DNA of 64,000 nt from Octopus vulgaris (lineage: Eukaryota): NCBI GenBank assembly GCA_951406725.2, contig OX597814.1:84568001-84632000 (forward strand), written 5' to 3'. A model generated the notes under the pieces. The model searched no databases. It was given only the letters and a program-made list of their open reading frames with translations, and was not told where the DNA came from. Shown one piece after another: positions 29,601 through 42,500 of the stretch. Positions within the stretch are counted from its first letter, which is position 1. Each line of letters begins with the position of its first letter. A program made the position numbers and the translations under genes.

Positions 29601-32600
29601 CAGCTGGTCATCCGTTACTGAGGAATCCATAGCAAGGTGAAATCACATGATCTGGTAGCCATAGCAGTTGATGCTCATCTGTCAATAATATAATTACGAG
29701 TGCTTTTATGCACTATGAACCCTTATGTGAGATCCTCTCAAGGTAAATAATGCAGTAATCTATGTTTTAACACAAGCTCTATTTAAAGCTGGAGATAGAG
29801 ATTATTATTGTTGATAGGCTGAATCACTAGAACACAGGCCTTGTGTTTGTGTATGTCTGTAATCAATCAACTATATCTTTTCATTTTATAATTTTGTGAT
29901 ATGATAATTTATGGTTTATTTTTTTCTTTTCACCTTTTGTAAAGCCAACGTGGGTCTTTAATGGGTTCAGAACATTTTTTCAAGAAATTTGTTGTTGACC
30001 TGAAGAAAGATAGTCCATGTTGTCCATTATGTCATCGAGGCTTTGAACAGGAGCAAGAAATTCGGGAATTAATATTAGAGGTGAGTTTCCCCTGTAATTT
30101 CAGCTTATTCTGCCCAATCTGTGAAAAATCCTCATCTCAAAGACATTTACTTTTCCATTTCTCTGTATATTGTCCAAATTTGTGCCTTATAGAGGACCAT
30201 TGGTATAATATAACAGTTTATATTATACCAGCTGAACAATCCTGATCATGTTGGCTTGTAGGTGCTGGTGACACATATAAAACACCTGTACCAGTGCTGT
30301 GGAAAAGCACCTGTACCAATTCTGTTTAAAAGCACCCATTACACTCTATAAAGTGGTTGGCAATCTCCATGTCCATCCATCTGCCAGTCTCCTGTAACTT
30401 GTGGGTATACCTTGATACATTTTCCCCTTCATTTTCTTTTCCAACTGGAGTAGCCATTTATCTACAACAAGATTCCTATTTTTGTCCCTCTCTCATACTT
30501 TAACCTCTCATCACCTGGCGTAAAGCCAGCTCTATCAGTGCTACACCCCTTCAATTGAGGGTGCATGTAACAAATATTTGTGACAAGTGTCATGTTGCAT
30601 GGTGGTGAAGCCTGGGTGATGGAGGCAGACAATCTAAAGTGACCAAAGAGCTGAATATTGGCTATTGTTATTTTTATGTGAAAACAACCAAAATTGAGCT
30701 AAGGAAGAATTTGGAGCATCACAAGGATGGTCAGTTGGACTGATGTGGACTTGTAATGTGAATGGCTAATATATGCCAAGTGAAAACATTTTTCAAATTG
30801 AAGTGTGTGATGGAAATTTTCCATCAGTAACCTTGTCTTTCAAGTGTCAGACATCAAGTGTGTGTGTGCGTGCGTGTGTGTGTGGATATGTTCCAAAGGA
30901 ATGAGTGAGTTGTGTACATGTCTTGTATTTTTCTGGATCATTGTTTGTGAGCTACATCAATCACACATCCATTTTTGTCCAAATGGAAACCTCTCACAGT
31001 AGTGGTTGATCCAGTTGTATTTCACTTTATAAACAGCTTAATTAGTGGTTCATCCAATCTTTTGTTTCAAGAAGGAAAGCATATTAAGATTATTTTATTT
31101 CTTTTTTTAAAGAAATACTTTTGATATACTTTCTTCCTTTGTATGAATAAAATGAACTAATAATTTCATTATTTGTTAACATTAGAGAGTAGTTTTAGTA
31201 GATATATCACAAAATACTTGAGAATATAGTGAGGTTAGACCTGGGGATGTAGGGATTTTTGGCTTCTTACAGGAGATGACAAATAGTGATATGCTGTACT
31301 GAAGACCTGTCCAACCTACATCACCATAGAATAATGGGTTTTGCAATGCTTCTTAATTATCATGACATTTCCTTTCTTTTATCTTGTAGCTTGAGAATAA
31401 ATTACGGATGGTCCCATCTAAACTGCATAAAAGTGAAAGAGAACTTGAACAATACCAGAAAGAATATGACACTCTACAACAGTTGAAACCAATTAAGGAA
31501 AATGTAAGTTTTTCATATACATTTCTGTAATGCTGCAGTCTTGTTATTGTTGCTTTGAAACTTCAGATGAGAACTGATAGGCAGAAGCAGTGTCGCATGG
31601 TTTAGTAGTTTGCTTCCCAACCATATGGTTTTGTGTTCAGTCCCACTGCATGACAACTTGCACAAATGTCTTCCACTATAGCCCCAGGCCCATTAAAAAC
31701 CTTGAGTTAATTTAGTAGACGGAAACTGAAAAAGACCCGTTATACAGGAATGGTGGAAGGACTGAATTATTAAGTGCAAGAATTGCAGATGTTGGTGTAG
31801 TAAAAGAACCAGTTTCAGCATTCAGTCATCAGAAGGAGGAAGGTAGGTATAAAAGCCAAACTCACTATCCTCATTTCGGTGTTTGTACCTACTCATATCT
31901 ATGGTCATAAACCTGGGGTAATGACCAAAGGAATACAATTACGAGTAGAAGGAGCAGAAATGGGTGACCTTCGAAAGGTCTTTGGAGCAATGTCACTTGA
32001 TAGAGTACATAGCACAGAAATCAGAAAGGTATTCCAAGTACAACCAGTACTTCTCCAAATTGAGAGATCGCATCTCCAATATGATGGACATGTGGTTAGA
32101 ATGTCTCAGGAAAAAATTGCTGGACAAGTTTTACTGGCAAAACCAACCGACAGGAGACCCAAGGATAGACTGCAGACGAAATGGTTGGATAACATCCATG
32201 AGCTTGGTTGGTCTTGCTTGTGGGTCCAGCCTGGTTCTTGTCTTGATACCATGTGATTGTTGCAAATGATTGTCATGGTCGTAGAAGCAGCGTCATTCAT
32301 TGTCAATATTCTTTAAAAGCATGTCCAGGCATGGGGGAAATATTAACTTGCCTGAAAACATGTGAGGGTTGGTGACAGGAAGAACATCTCGCTGTAGAAG
32401 ATCTGTGTCAATAAACTCTGTCTGACCCATACAAGTATGGAAAAATGAACATTAAAAAATGATGAACCAGCACTTTAACATCTGCCTTCCATGCTGGCAT
32501 GGATTGTCTGTTTTGGCAGAGTTTTTACTGCTGGATGCCCTTCCTAACACCAACCACTTTACGGTATTGACTAGATACTTTTTATGTGGCATCAGCACTG

Positions 32601-35600
32601 GTAGGATCACCAAGTAACTTGCAAGACAAAGCTCCTTTGAGAGGGGAGCAGGCATTGGAGGAAATGATTCCATTTCTTCTCTCAAAGGATCGTTGCCTTG
32701 CAAGTTACTTGGTGACCCTGCCAATGCTAAGATACTTTCATTATCTTCAATTGATATGAATATTAGTGGAAACATTTAGGTACTGTGGAAATTTAACGTT
32801 TCAAACCTTAAAGGACACAGGATAGTTCAGAATGAAATTTGAAGTTCAAAACATCAATGTTGAACATACTTATGTTTTCAAGTCCATGGATTTGTATTGT
32901 TTGTGTAGCTCCAAGTCAGTTGAAATTGAGCAGACATATGATGAAAGGCATTTCAGCTACGACCATCTTGTCTTTTTTTTTTATTAATCAAAGAGTATCT
33001 AGAACTTCATTATCTAATGTATCTTTCCATTTTTAAGATGACAAAGTGTAATTTAAGGGAGATTTGGATGCTATTTCTTCAAAAGAGAAGTGGTTATGTA
33101 AAAGCTTTTTGTTGGCTTGTGCATATGTGTTGTTATTGTTACTGTTGAGCTAGCTCAGTCAATTTTTCACAGAAAGAGATAGCTGAATGTTTAGAAACAT
33201 CTCTTAAGTTCAATTTGACACACGTCCATATAAGATGCTTAATGTCATTTTGCATCAGACTTTTCTCTTTAATCAGTATTTTAACTCTGACTGTCTTGTT
33301 TTTATTGTGGGTTCCAAAAAGTGGTCTTTACTTTAAAGACAGTAAAGTGTTTGCTAAGAGAATTTGCTGCCATGTCAAACAAGTGAAATGACCACATAAA
33401 AACTTCACCACATATGTATGAGGCTATTTGAAAAATGATTATATTTTTTTGAATAATATGTATCTGTCTGTGTATTTTCCACATGCACTGATACCATTTT
33501 AAAGGCATACGGAACATTTTAAGAAGATTTGGTCAGCACATACTGTAGGTCGAGTGACAACATAGATCCTTTATTAGTTCCCATGTATGAAATGTATGTG
33601 TATCTTCATCATCATCATTTAGTTCCGTTTTTCATGCTGGCATGGGTTAGATGGTCTGACTGGAACTGGTAAGCCAAAGAGCTGTACCAGGTTTCATTCT
33701 TATTTGGCTTGGTTCCTATGACTGTGTAATGTAGTTGATGCCTTTTACATGTCACTGGTACAGGTGCCATTTATGTGTCACCGGTACTGGTCACGACTAT
33801 GATTTCACTTGGCTCAATGGGTCTTCTCAAGCATAGCAAATTGTGAAAGGTCTCAATCACTTGTTATCTTGAATAGTATATTTTCTAAACGCAATTTTTT
33901 TTTGCTTAATATTGTAATATTGTTCACAATAATTTCTGTTCCTTTTCAATTTCTAGCTGACTCTTCTTTCTACAACTGATCTACCTGACATTAAAAATAA
34001 ATTAGACAGTGTCAACAATGCCATTGTGAAACTGAACAAAAGTATTCAAGAGGTTTGTATAATTTATTTTTAAATACAAAACTAAAATTGCAGTATATAA
34101 ACTAGATAGTTGGATACAGTAGATACATAGACAAGCAGGATGGGAAGATTAATACAAATTGTTTTCTTTACTGTATTAAAATTTACAGTCACAAATGGGA
34201 TAGTTTGTTTACTTATTTTTTAATCATTATTTATTTCAACATATTAATTATTCACTGGGTGAACTACAAGTTATACAGACAAACATAATCAGTTATATGT
34301 AAAAAAAAATGCAGAGAGGTACATAGCATAACAATTTCTTTTAGATATTGGTTTGAAATTTTTTGCCACGAGGCCAGCAATTTTGGGGGAAGGGCTAAGA
34401 CAGACAAAATACCATTAAGCATTTCACCCCACATGCTAATGATTCCACCAGCTTTTAGATAATGCTAGCTTTAATGGTTACTAGTGTAAAACAGTCAAAT
34501 AATGACTTCTTATTTAGGGGAAAAATTTTGATTTGGTTTTACTTGATAAATTTCTGGTTTATATTTGGTTAATATTCTAATTAAGTAACAGAATGTGAGT
34601 GGAATGCAGATTTAATGACACATTGAACACATTAATTCTACTCCTAAAGGCCTATATTCTGTAACTTATAGGCAGAAGAAGACCAGCAAGACCTTATGAG
34701 TGATGAGTCCTTGGGTAAAAGTATCCTGCCTGACATCCTCATGATTGATCGCTATCTTGCTGAAGTGAAAGAACTCAACAAGAAGTCAAGGATCCAGAAA
34801 TCATTGATATCTGATGTAGATATGGGTAAGCTTCATATGTTTCATTCTTTGCATTAGCTGCACATGTGGAAGCCAATTGTGCAATTTCAGAGCAACTTAA
34901 ATGGGATTTCACTCTTGTGTATCTGAATATGGGGTTGTACATTTAAAATGCATTGGTTATCTAGTGTTTGCATTGTTTGACTGTTGAGGTGTTGTATCAT
35001 AGTCAAAGTGATGATGATGCTGTGTTAATCTTGGTATGAGATAAAGCCAGCTGTGTGTATTACAACGAAAGCAACCTTGTGAATGTTTAATGACAGATTT
35101 TATTAAGAGAAGGCTATATTTGTATACACAAATATATTTTGAAAATCCTCACTGGTAACGAGACTAGGATGTAGGAATGCACTTAACTGTATTTGCTCAG
35201 CCATTTATTATCTAGAAAGTGAGAGATGAAAAGATATGAGTTCCTTGAAACTTGTTACGGCTCTTTTCTTGTCTTTTTTTTTGTGAGAGCTGAGATCTGT
35301 CCTGCTTGAAATGCAGTTAATGATCTGCTGTGATTTAGGTGTCAGAACTCTTTAACTAGTGCAAAAGGGTGCGAATTTCAAGAAGATTTGAGATGATGTT
35401 CATGACATCACTTCAAGATGATTATATTTATTCCTCCTTAAATTTAGGGCGTTCTGTTAAAACAAACTTGACTGCAGTAGATACCATGAGAGAAACTGGT
35501 ATAGGCTTTTGGTGCAAAATGCATGCTTGTTAATATTACTAGAGGGGAAACAAATCTCCACCAACTCAAGCACCAAGGCTACCAGATCATGTGATTTCAA

Positions 35601-36547
35601 CCTTCTTTGCTTTTATTGGTGATGGATGCTCAACTGCTGGTGGTCTCGGTGCTGGAGTTGGAGGAGATTTGTCTCCCTGCTAGTGAGACCAAAAGCCCAT
35701 ACAAGAGTTTCTCTCACAGTAAAGTTTGTTCTAACAGAACTCCCACATTGCTAAAATATATGTTTCAAGATGATTAGTAAATTCTTAGGTTGCCCATGTG
35801 AAAATGCTGTGGCTCACTCATGACAATGAACAAACAATTTTGTGTTAGGAGTTCAAATCCCTACAACTTTATAAATGTGATATTTATTGTACTTTGTATA
35901 GAATACACGAGCTAGCTGTTATTTAATCTAATGAGAAAGCTTTTGCTTTTAACACAACTGCTTATATTTCTTTTTCTTGCTTGAAAGATTCCCTTGGTGA
36001 TCGCAGTCTTGAGGATGTGTCTAGTGAAAAAGACACCATACAGTCCAAGTTGTAAGTTATATATATCGTTTACATATTTTTATTGTTTCATTTAGTGATT
36101 AAACTCATTTAACAGTCACAATACAAAAATATCAGTCATTATAGTGTTTTCTCATTTTCTTAATTCCATAAGCACATCTCAATTCTAACTTTCTCCTTTT
36201 TCCACAGTAAGAGGTACTCTAGACACATTTGTAAATCATAGGAGCTTGTAAGTCCTTTTGAAAACTTACCTCAGACATTTTTTTTTTTTGCTAAGTGTAT
36301 TCACTGAAAGTAGCATAGTGCTTTAAAATTGTTGAAGTAGCTTCTTTGATATTAATGTGTGAAAACAATAAGCCTATATTAAAGATAAATTTATATCTGT
36401 ATGGTAAAAAGCTTGCTTCCCAACCACATGGCTCTGGGTTCAGTCCTACAACTGTGTGGCATCTTGAGAAAGTGTCTCTTATTATAGCCCTGGGCTGACC
36501 AAATCCTTGTGAATGGATTTGGTAGATGGAAACTGAAAGAAGCCTGT

Positions 36548-36597
<50 letters not shown>

Positions 36598-39500
36598 CAC
36601 ACACATGTGCACACATACATGTATGTGAGTGTGTATATGTTTCCATGTGTTGATGTTATGTGATCGTTGTAAAATGATTGTCACTGTCTTGCAAACAGTG
36701 TCATTCATTTCCAATATTCTGCGAGAACATGTCTGGTTGAGGAAATAATACCTTGCTTGAAAACAGGTGAGGGTTGGTGACAGTAAGGGCATCTGGTTGT
36801 AGAAAAATCTGCCTCAGTAAACTTTGTCTGACCCATACAAGCATAGAAAAGTGGACATGTGGATATTAAAATGATGATGATGGTGATAAAAAAAAAAACT
36901 AGATTGACTAAAAATAATGTTGAAGAGCGAAAAGCTAAACTTAGCCTCTTTGTATCTGTTGGCAACTATAGGCCAGGGTAAAATCATTATTTGAGGATTC
37001 TTTAGTATCTCATAAACTAAAACCAATTCAGCAAAACTAATGTCACTTTTAGATTTAAAAATTCTAAAATATTCTGGTTTTTATTCAAATATCCTTGACA
37101 ACTATTGGCGCTGGTGTAGCTGTATGGTAAGACGCTTACTTCCCAACCACATGGTTCTGGATTCAATTCCACTGCATGGCACCTTTGCCAAGTGTCTTCT
37201 ATTATAGCTTTTCGCCAACCAAAGCCTTGTGAGTGGATTTGGTAGATGGAAACTAAAATGAGCCTGTCATACACACACACGCATGTGTGTGTGTGTCTGT
37301 GCTTGCCTCCCACCATCACTTGACAACCAGTCTTAGTGTAACTTAGCAGTTTGGCAAAAGAAACTGATAGAATAAGTATCAGACTTTAAAAAAAAATAAT
37401 CCCTGGTAGGGTTGATTTGTTCAGCTAAAAGAGTCTTCAAGGCAGTGCCCCAGCATGGCCACAGTCTAATGACTAAAACAAGTAAAAGATTTTTAAAAAA
37501 AAAGAGATAAATGACAAACTAAACAAAGAATTTTTGTCAGACTGTATAAATAATATGTTGCTCTTCACCTCTTTCTTTGGCCAGGCGTTCCACTAATCAT
37601 GAGTTGGAGCTTCAACGACAAAAACTTAGCAATTATTCTGATAAAGTGAACGAACTGCACAGTCGGGTTAATTCATTAAATTCAGAGAAACTGCAGATTG
37701 AAAAGAACCTTCAAGAGAAGATAAAGCTTGAGGAGAACAAGGATGATTTACATAATCAGAACGTGACTCATAAGGCTTCGATAAAGGTAGATCATTTCAC
37801 TGAATAGACCTTTGTGTGTGTGTGACAGAGATGAAGTGAGAGAAAGAAAAATAAAGGGGAGAAAATTACTCTGTAGCTAACCCAAGTTTTTCAGTTTTGT
37901 GTATCTGTGTGAGGCAATTGTTGTTGTTGCTAGGCCTAACTCATAAAGCAAATACTGTCATGAGTGATATCCAGGCAACAGTGGAGAAGGCATGCCACTG
38001 GATTTGGTTAAATGGAGACAATAAGCAATGGCTAGAATAATATTAAGCAAAACCTAGCAACCAGTTGATCTAGAAAGCAGGGCCTCATAGGGTGGAGGTT
38101 GGTCATTGTGCAGTAATGCTATTGAGAGGAAGGCCCCGAAAGTCCATGCATTCTCTCTTGGTGAGCCATAAACTTGCTAACATCTGATATGTGGAACTTC
38201 ATATATATATCAGTGATATATATGAAAGAGTGCTGAAAAGTTCCTGGCTTTAAGGGTATCACAAAAGGCTTGGTTGGAGGCCCAACCTTCCACTCTCTTT
38301 TACAGGGCTTAGAAAAACTGAAAGATTACTGCAATAAGTGTGTGAATCTGAGAGGGGGATATGTTTAATAAAAACATAATTAACTGATCCTCCTGTATTT
38401 TCTTTTACCCAAAACCAGAAATTTTTCACCACCCCCTTGTGTGTGTGTACACATACACACACAATGGGGTGCTGAAAAGTTCCTGGTTTTAAGGGTATGG
38501 CAAAACCTGGAGGCCAAACCCGAAGGACCGCTGCTATGAGTGCATGAATCTGAGAGAAAAATATGTTGAATAAAATCATAATTAATTGATATTCCTGTAT
38601 TTTCTCTTGCCCATAACCAGGAACTTTTCAGCAACCACTCATACACTTAACCCATGCTTGCATGGGAAACTAACATAGAACATATATACATGTGTGTATG
38701 TATGTGTGTGTGTGTGTGGAAGGGTTCTGTTTGTTTGGTTACGTTTGTGCTTCTCTGAAAATTGGTGAGTTACAAATGGTGATGTTTTTGTTATTTTTCG
38801 TGTTAACCAATCATGTACTGGCTTTGTGCATTTGAAAACAGCAATCAAATTTGAGCAACAGGAATGCTATCTGGTTGTAAAACAATATCGTTCTTCTTTT
38901 ACTCGTTTCAGTCTTTGGATTAGGTGCCTCTACATGCCACTGACACAAGAGCGTTAATATGTCACTGGCATGAGTGCTTTTTTAGTGGCACTGGCACCTG
39001 AAAGGACAAGCCTGTATGTGTGGAAGACAGCGTTTTTACTTAGTTTGACAATTAGAGCTCGACACTTCTTTACGCAGCTATCCTCATCCATATGCATCAC
39101 ATGACCAAACCAATGCAGTCTTCTCTCTTACACACACTTGATGCCTCTTACACCCAGTTTTCCTCCTAAATCATGTGAATAAATAAGCATTACACTTCAA
39201 TGAGTAATCTGAATGATAAAGGGTTAAACATTTCGTAGCAGTGCCCCAGCATGGCCACAGTCCAATTACTGAAGCAAGTACAAAAAGATAAAAGAAGAAC
39301 CCAGGCTAGTACAGATAAATGAATAAATGAATGCATATAAAATTTATTTGAATCTGTATCTTCACTGGCATAACTTGGATTTTAAGTTCTTTCTTTGGTT
39401 TGGTATGCATATAGATGTGAATAGGGTTGACAACGCGTATGTGTGTGTTTATAATGACATGTGGGCTGATTCTATATTTTTGTTTTTAAATCTTTCAGAA

Positions 39501-42500
39501 ACTCAAAGAAGAATTGAAACCTCTACAGGTAAATCTTTTTATTGCTTTTTTTTAATATTGTATAGTCAAAGGAAGAAGGGCTATGCCAATCACCTCTTGG
39601 CAGGATGTCTGGGACTTATATGTGAAAAGGAGGTTAAAAAGTCATGGCTTATAGTTTATCCTTAGATTTGAGATCTGTCTAAATGCTTGTAATATAGTAG
39701 GCCTGGCTGAAGGTATCCAAGGGTCATATGACTGTGTTAAACTGAGTAATAGATTAAGTCTACCTACTCCTGTTAATACTCTTATTTCTCGATCTCCTGT
39801 CATATCCATTACCCTCTCACACTCTATATTCTTCACTGTCATCATTATCATTCTCTCCCACCATTCCCATTACCCTACCTCTCACCTTCTCATTCCAAAA
39901 TTTGGGATTGAACCTGGAACCATGTGGGTGAGAAGCGAACTTCTAACCACACAGCCATGCCTGTGTCTTAGTCAAAGCACCAACTACTTACTGAGTCATT
40001 GTACATGCTCAGTAATTGAATATTTCTCTTAGATGAACTAAGAATATACTACCTAGGTTCATTACCAATGAAATTATAATAAATATTAGTGTGTACATTT
40101 GTACGAAGCCCTTTATTCAGACAATGTTCATTCTTTATATATGTATAAAATACGCATTCTGTGTGTGTGTGTAGATGCAGGCATGACTGTGTAGCTAATA
40201 AATTTGTTTCACTACCAAGTGATTTGGCATTCAATCCCACCTTGGGCAAGTGTCTTTTACTTTCACCTTGGGCTAACCAATTCCTTTGTTAGTGAATTTG
40301 GTTGATTGAAACTGTGCAAAAGCCCATTGTGTGTGGAGGTGTGAGGGGTGGCTCTGCATGGTTGTTTGCCATTGCACTTCTCCAAAATTCTGAGCTACGG
40401 GAGGTGATATGGTGTAATTTCTTTGCATTTTCGAAGATGTGTGGAATAAGAATATCTCTTACTCAAAAAACAGGTAAGGGTTAGCAACAGAATAGGCATC
40501 TGGTAGTAAAGGAACTCTTCAATAATTTCAGCTAACCCATGCTTGCAAGGGATAATGGAATTAAAAAAAAGTTATTGGGACAGACACTCAGATATGACTT
40601 CTGTATGCCCTCTGTAGCTGGTGAGATCAGCAGTTGCCATATCTTCCAGCATATAAGTCAAACTTTTTAGGCAAAAATTTACAGTCAACAAAAGTAGGTT
40701 GACTTATACACCAAGATGATTTTGGAGGACCAAAAAGTCCATGTGAAATGCAGCAGAGCAATGTAAAATGAAATGTTTTGCTCAAGATCACAATACACTG
40801 CCCAGTCCAAGAATTGAAACCACAATCTTGCAATCATGAATGAAACACATGAACCACTAGGCCATGCACCCTCATATATTTTATAGCCACACATCAACTT
40901 CTCCAAGCTTTGGAGCAAACTATCACCACTCAACAACTTTCCATTCCTCCATACATGCACTGTGTTATTATATCAACCAGACTATTAGATGTGGTTACAC
41001 ACTGCTGGTCAGAAAGCACTTCCTTGCATTGTTGTAGCTTTCAAATGATACCAACCCACTCCTTAAGCAGGCAGGCCAACATTCTCCATGAACAGAATAC
41101 TGGTCTGTCACAAGGCTACTCATTATGGTACCAGTGTAACAAGGGATGGCATTGGATCTGCTTGTAGTCAACACCTCTCTTCTGTCACTCTGTACTTCCA
41201 ACTACCTTCCCTTTGCCATGTGACTCTTAGTTGACATCTACTCTTACCATCACCTTACTATGATACACTTTTATTTGTGTCTAATTGAGCTACTCCTGTT
41301 GTTTTTATGTTTAACCTCTTACCAGCAACCAGTTTGTAGTTATCACTGTCCTTTGCCCTCTCTTTCACCATCCCATTAGTCTGTTTCTCTTATCACACTC
41401 TGATATTCATACTCTTTCCTCTTCATCATCTGAGTCATCACTTTTCTTCTAACCACACTCCCAGTCATGTTTGTTTTGAAAAGAACTGAGATTATATAGA
41501 GCAGTGGTTCCCAAAGTAGGTAGTACTGCTCCCCTGGATTGGGTGTGAGGGGAGATCCAGAGGTGGGGGGCATTGAAGAAAGGAGGATCAATAATGGGGT
41601 GGCCAAAAGGGGACGGTGGATGTAAAAACAGCAACAAAATAATGGGTTGATTAGTTAATTTTTATTTGTGAAAGACAGCTTGTTTGAATTTGCTGCAGAA
41701 AGTGGTCTGCGTTTGTGGTAGGGAAGGGGCTAGGAATGTGGCCAAGGGGGCAGCAGCCAGAAAAGTTTGGGAACCACTGATGTAAAAGTGAGACAAGACA
41801 ACCTGTCTAGTATTGGTGCCCTTTAAAATGTAAACAAGTACACTGTAAAGTGGGTGGCATTTGAATGACTTAACAACTTCTCTAGAGTTGGTGTCATGAT
41901 AAAAGACACTAGTATACTCTAATGTCATTGGTGTTGGGAAGGGCATCCAGCTGTAGAAACTATGCCAAAAGGGAAACAGTAACAAAATGTGTTCTCCTAC
42001 CAGCTTAGGAAGGCAGTAACTCCAAATAAGAGCTGGTTTGAACTATGATGACTCATCTATCCCATGCCAGTATGATAACAAACATAAATGATGACAAGTG
42101 TTGTGGATGGTAAAACATAATCAACATCTTTATCATCAAGTTAAGCCAGTTTGAGTGTTACACTTTTACCCTTAAGCATTTAAACCAGCCATATCCGGCC
42201 AAAATATTCTACCTGTTTTATCTTCACACTGGTCATATCTAGCCTTTCACACCTACCTTACTGAGTCATTTTAAAAATAAATAGTCGCATCATCGAAATC
42301 TCCAAGCTATGAAATAATGCATGATTAATTTAAAATGATTTTTGAAACAGTAATTTGAATACTAAAGCTTAACTATGGAAGCAAATTGAAGACCTAAGTG
42401 AAAAAATAATAAAATGCAGAATTTCCATGTGCCTCATTAATAAATGATAATTAAGCACAAAATACTATATGCTTCCCTGAAATATGTTGATTTATGACTA

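Noticed and set aside
40685-41201. Duplicated ORFs (MEQTITTQ.., MHVWRNGK..) as a small gene family
   Set aside because: By-product of the inverted duplication; the ORFs overlap on both strands and run through SINE sequence.
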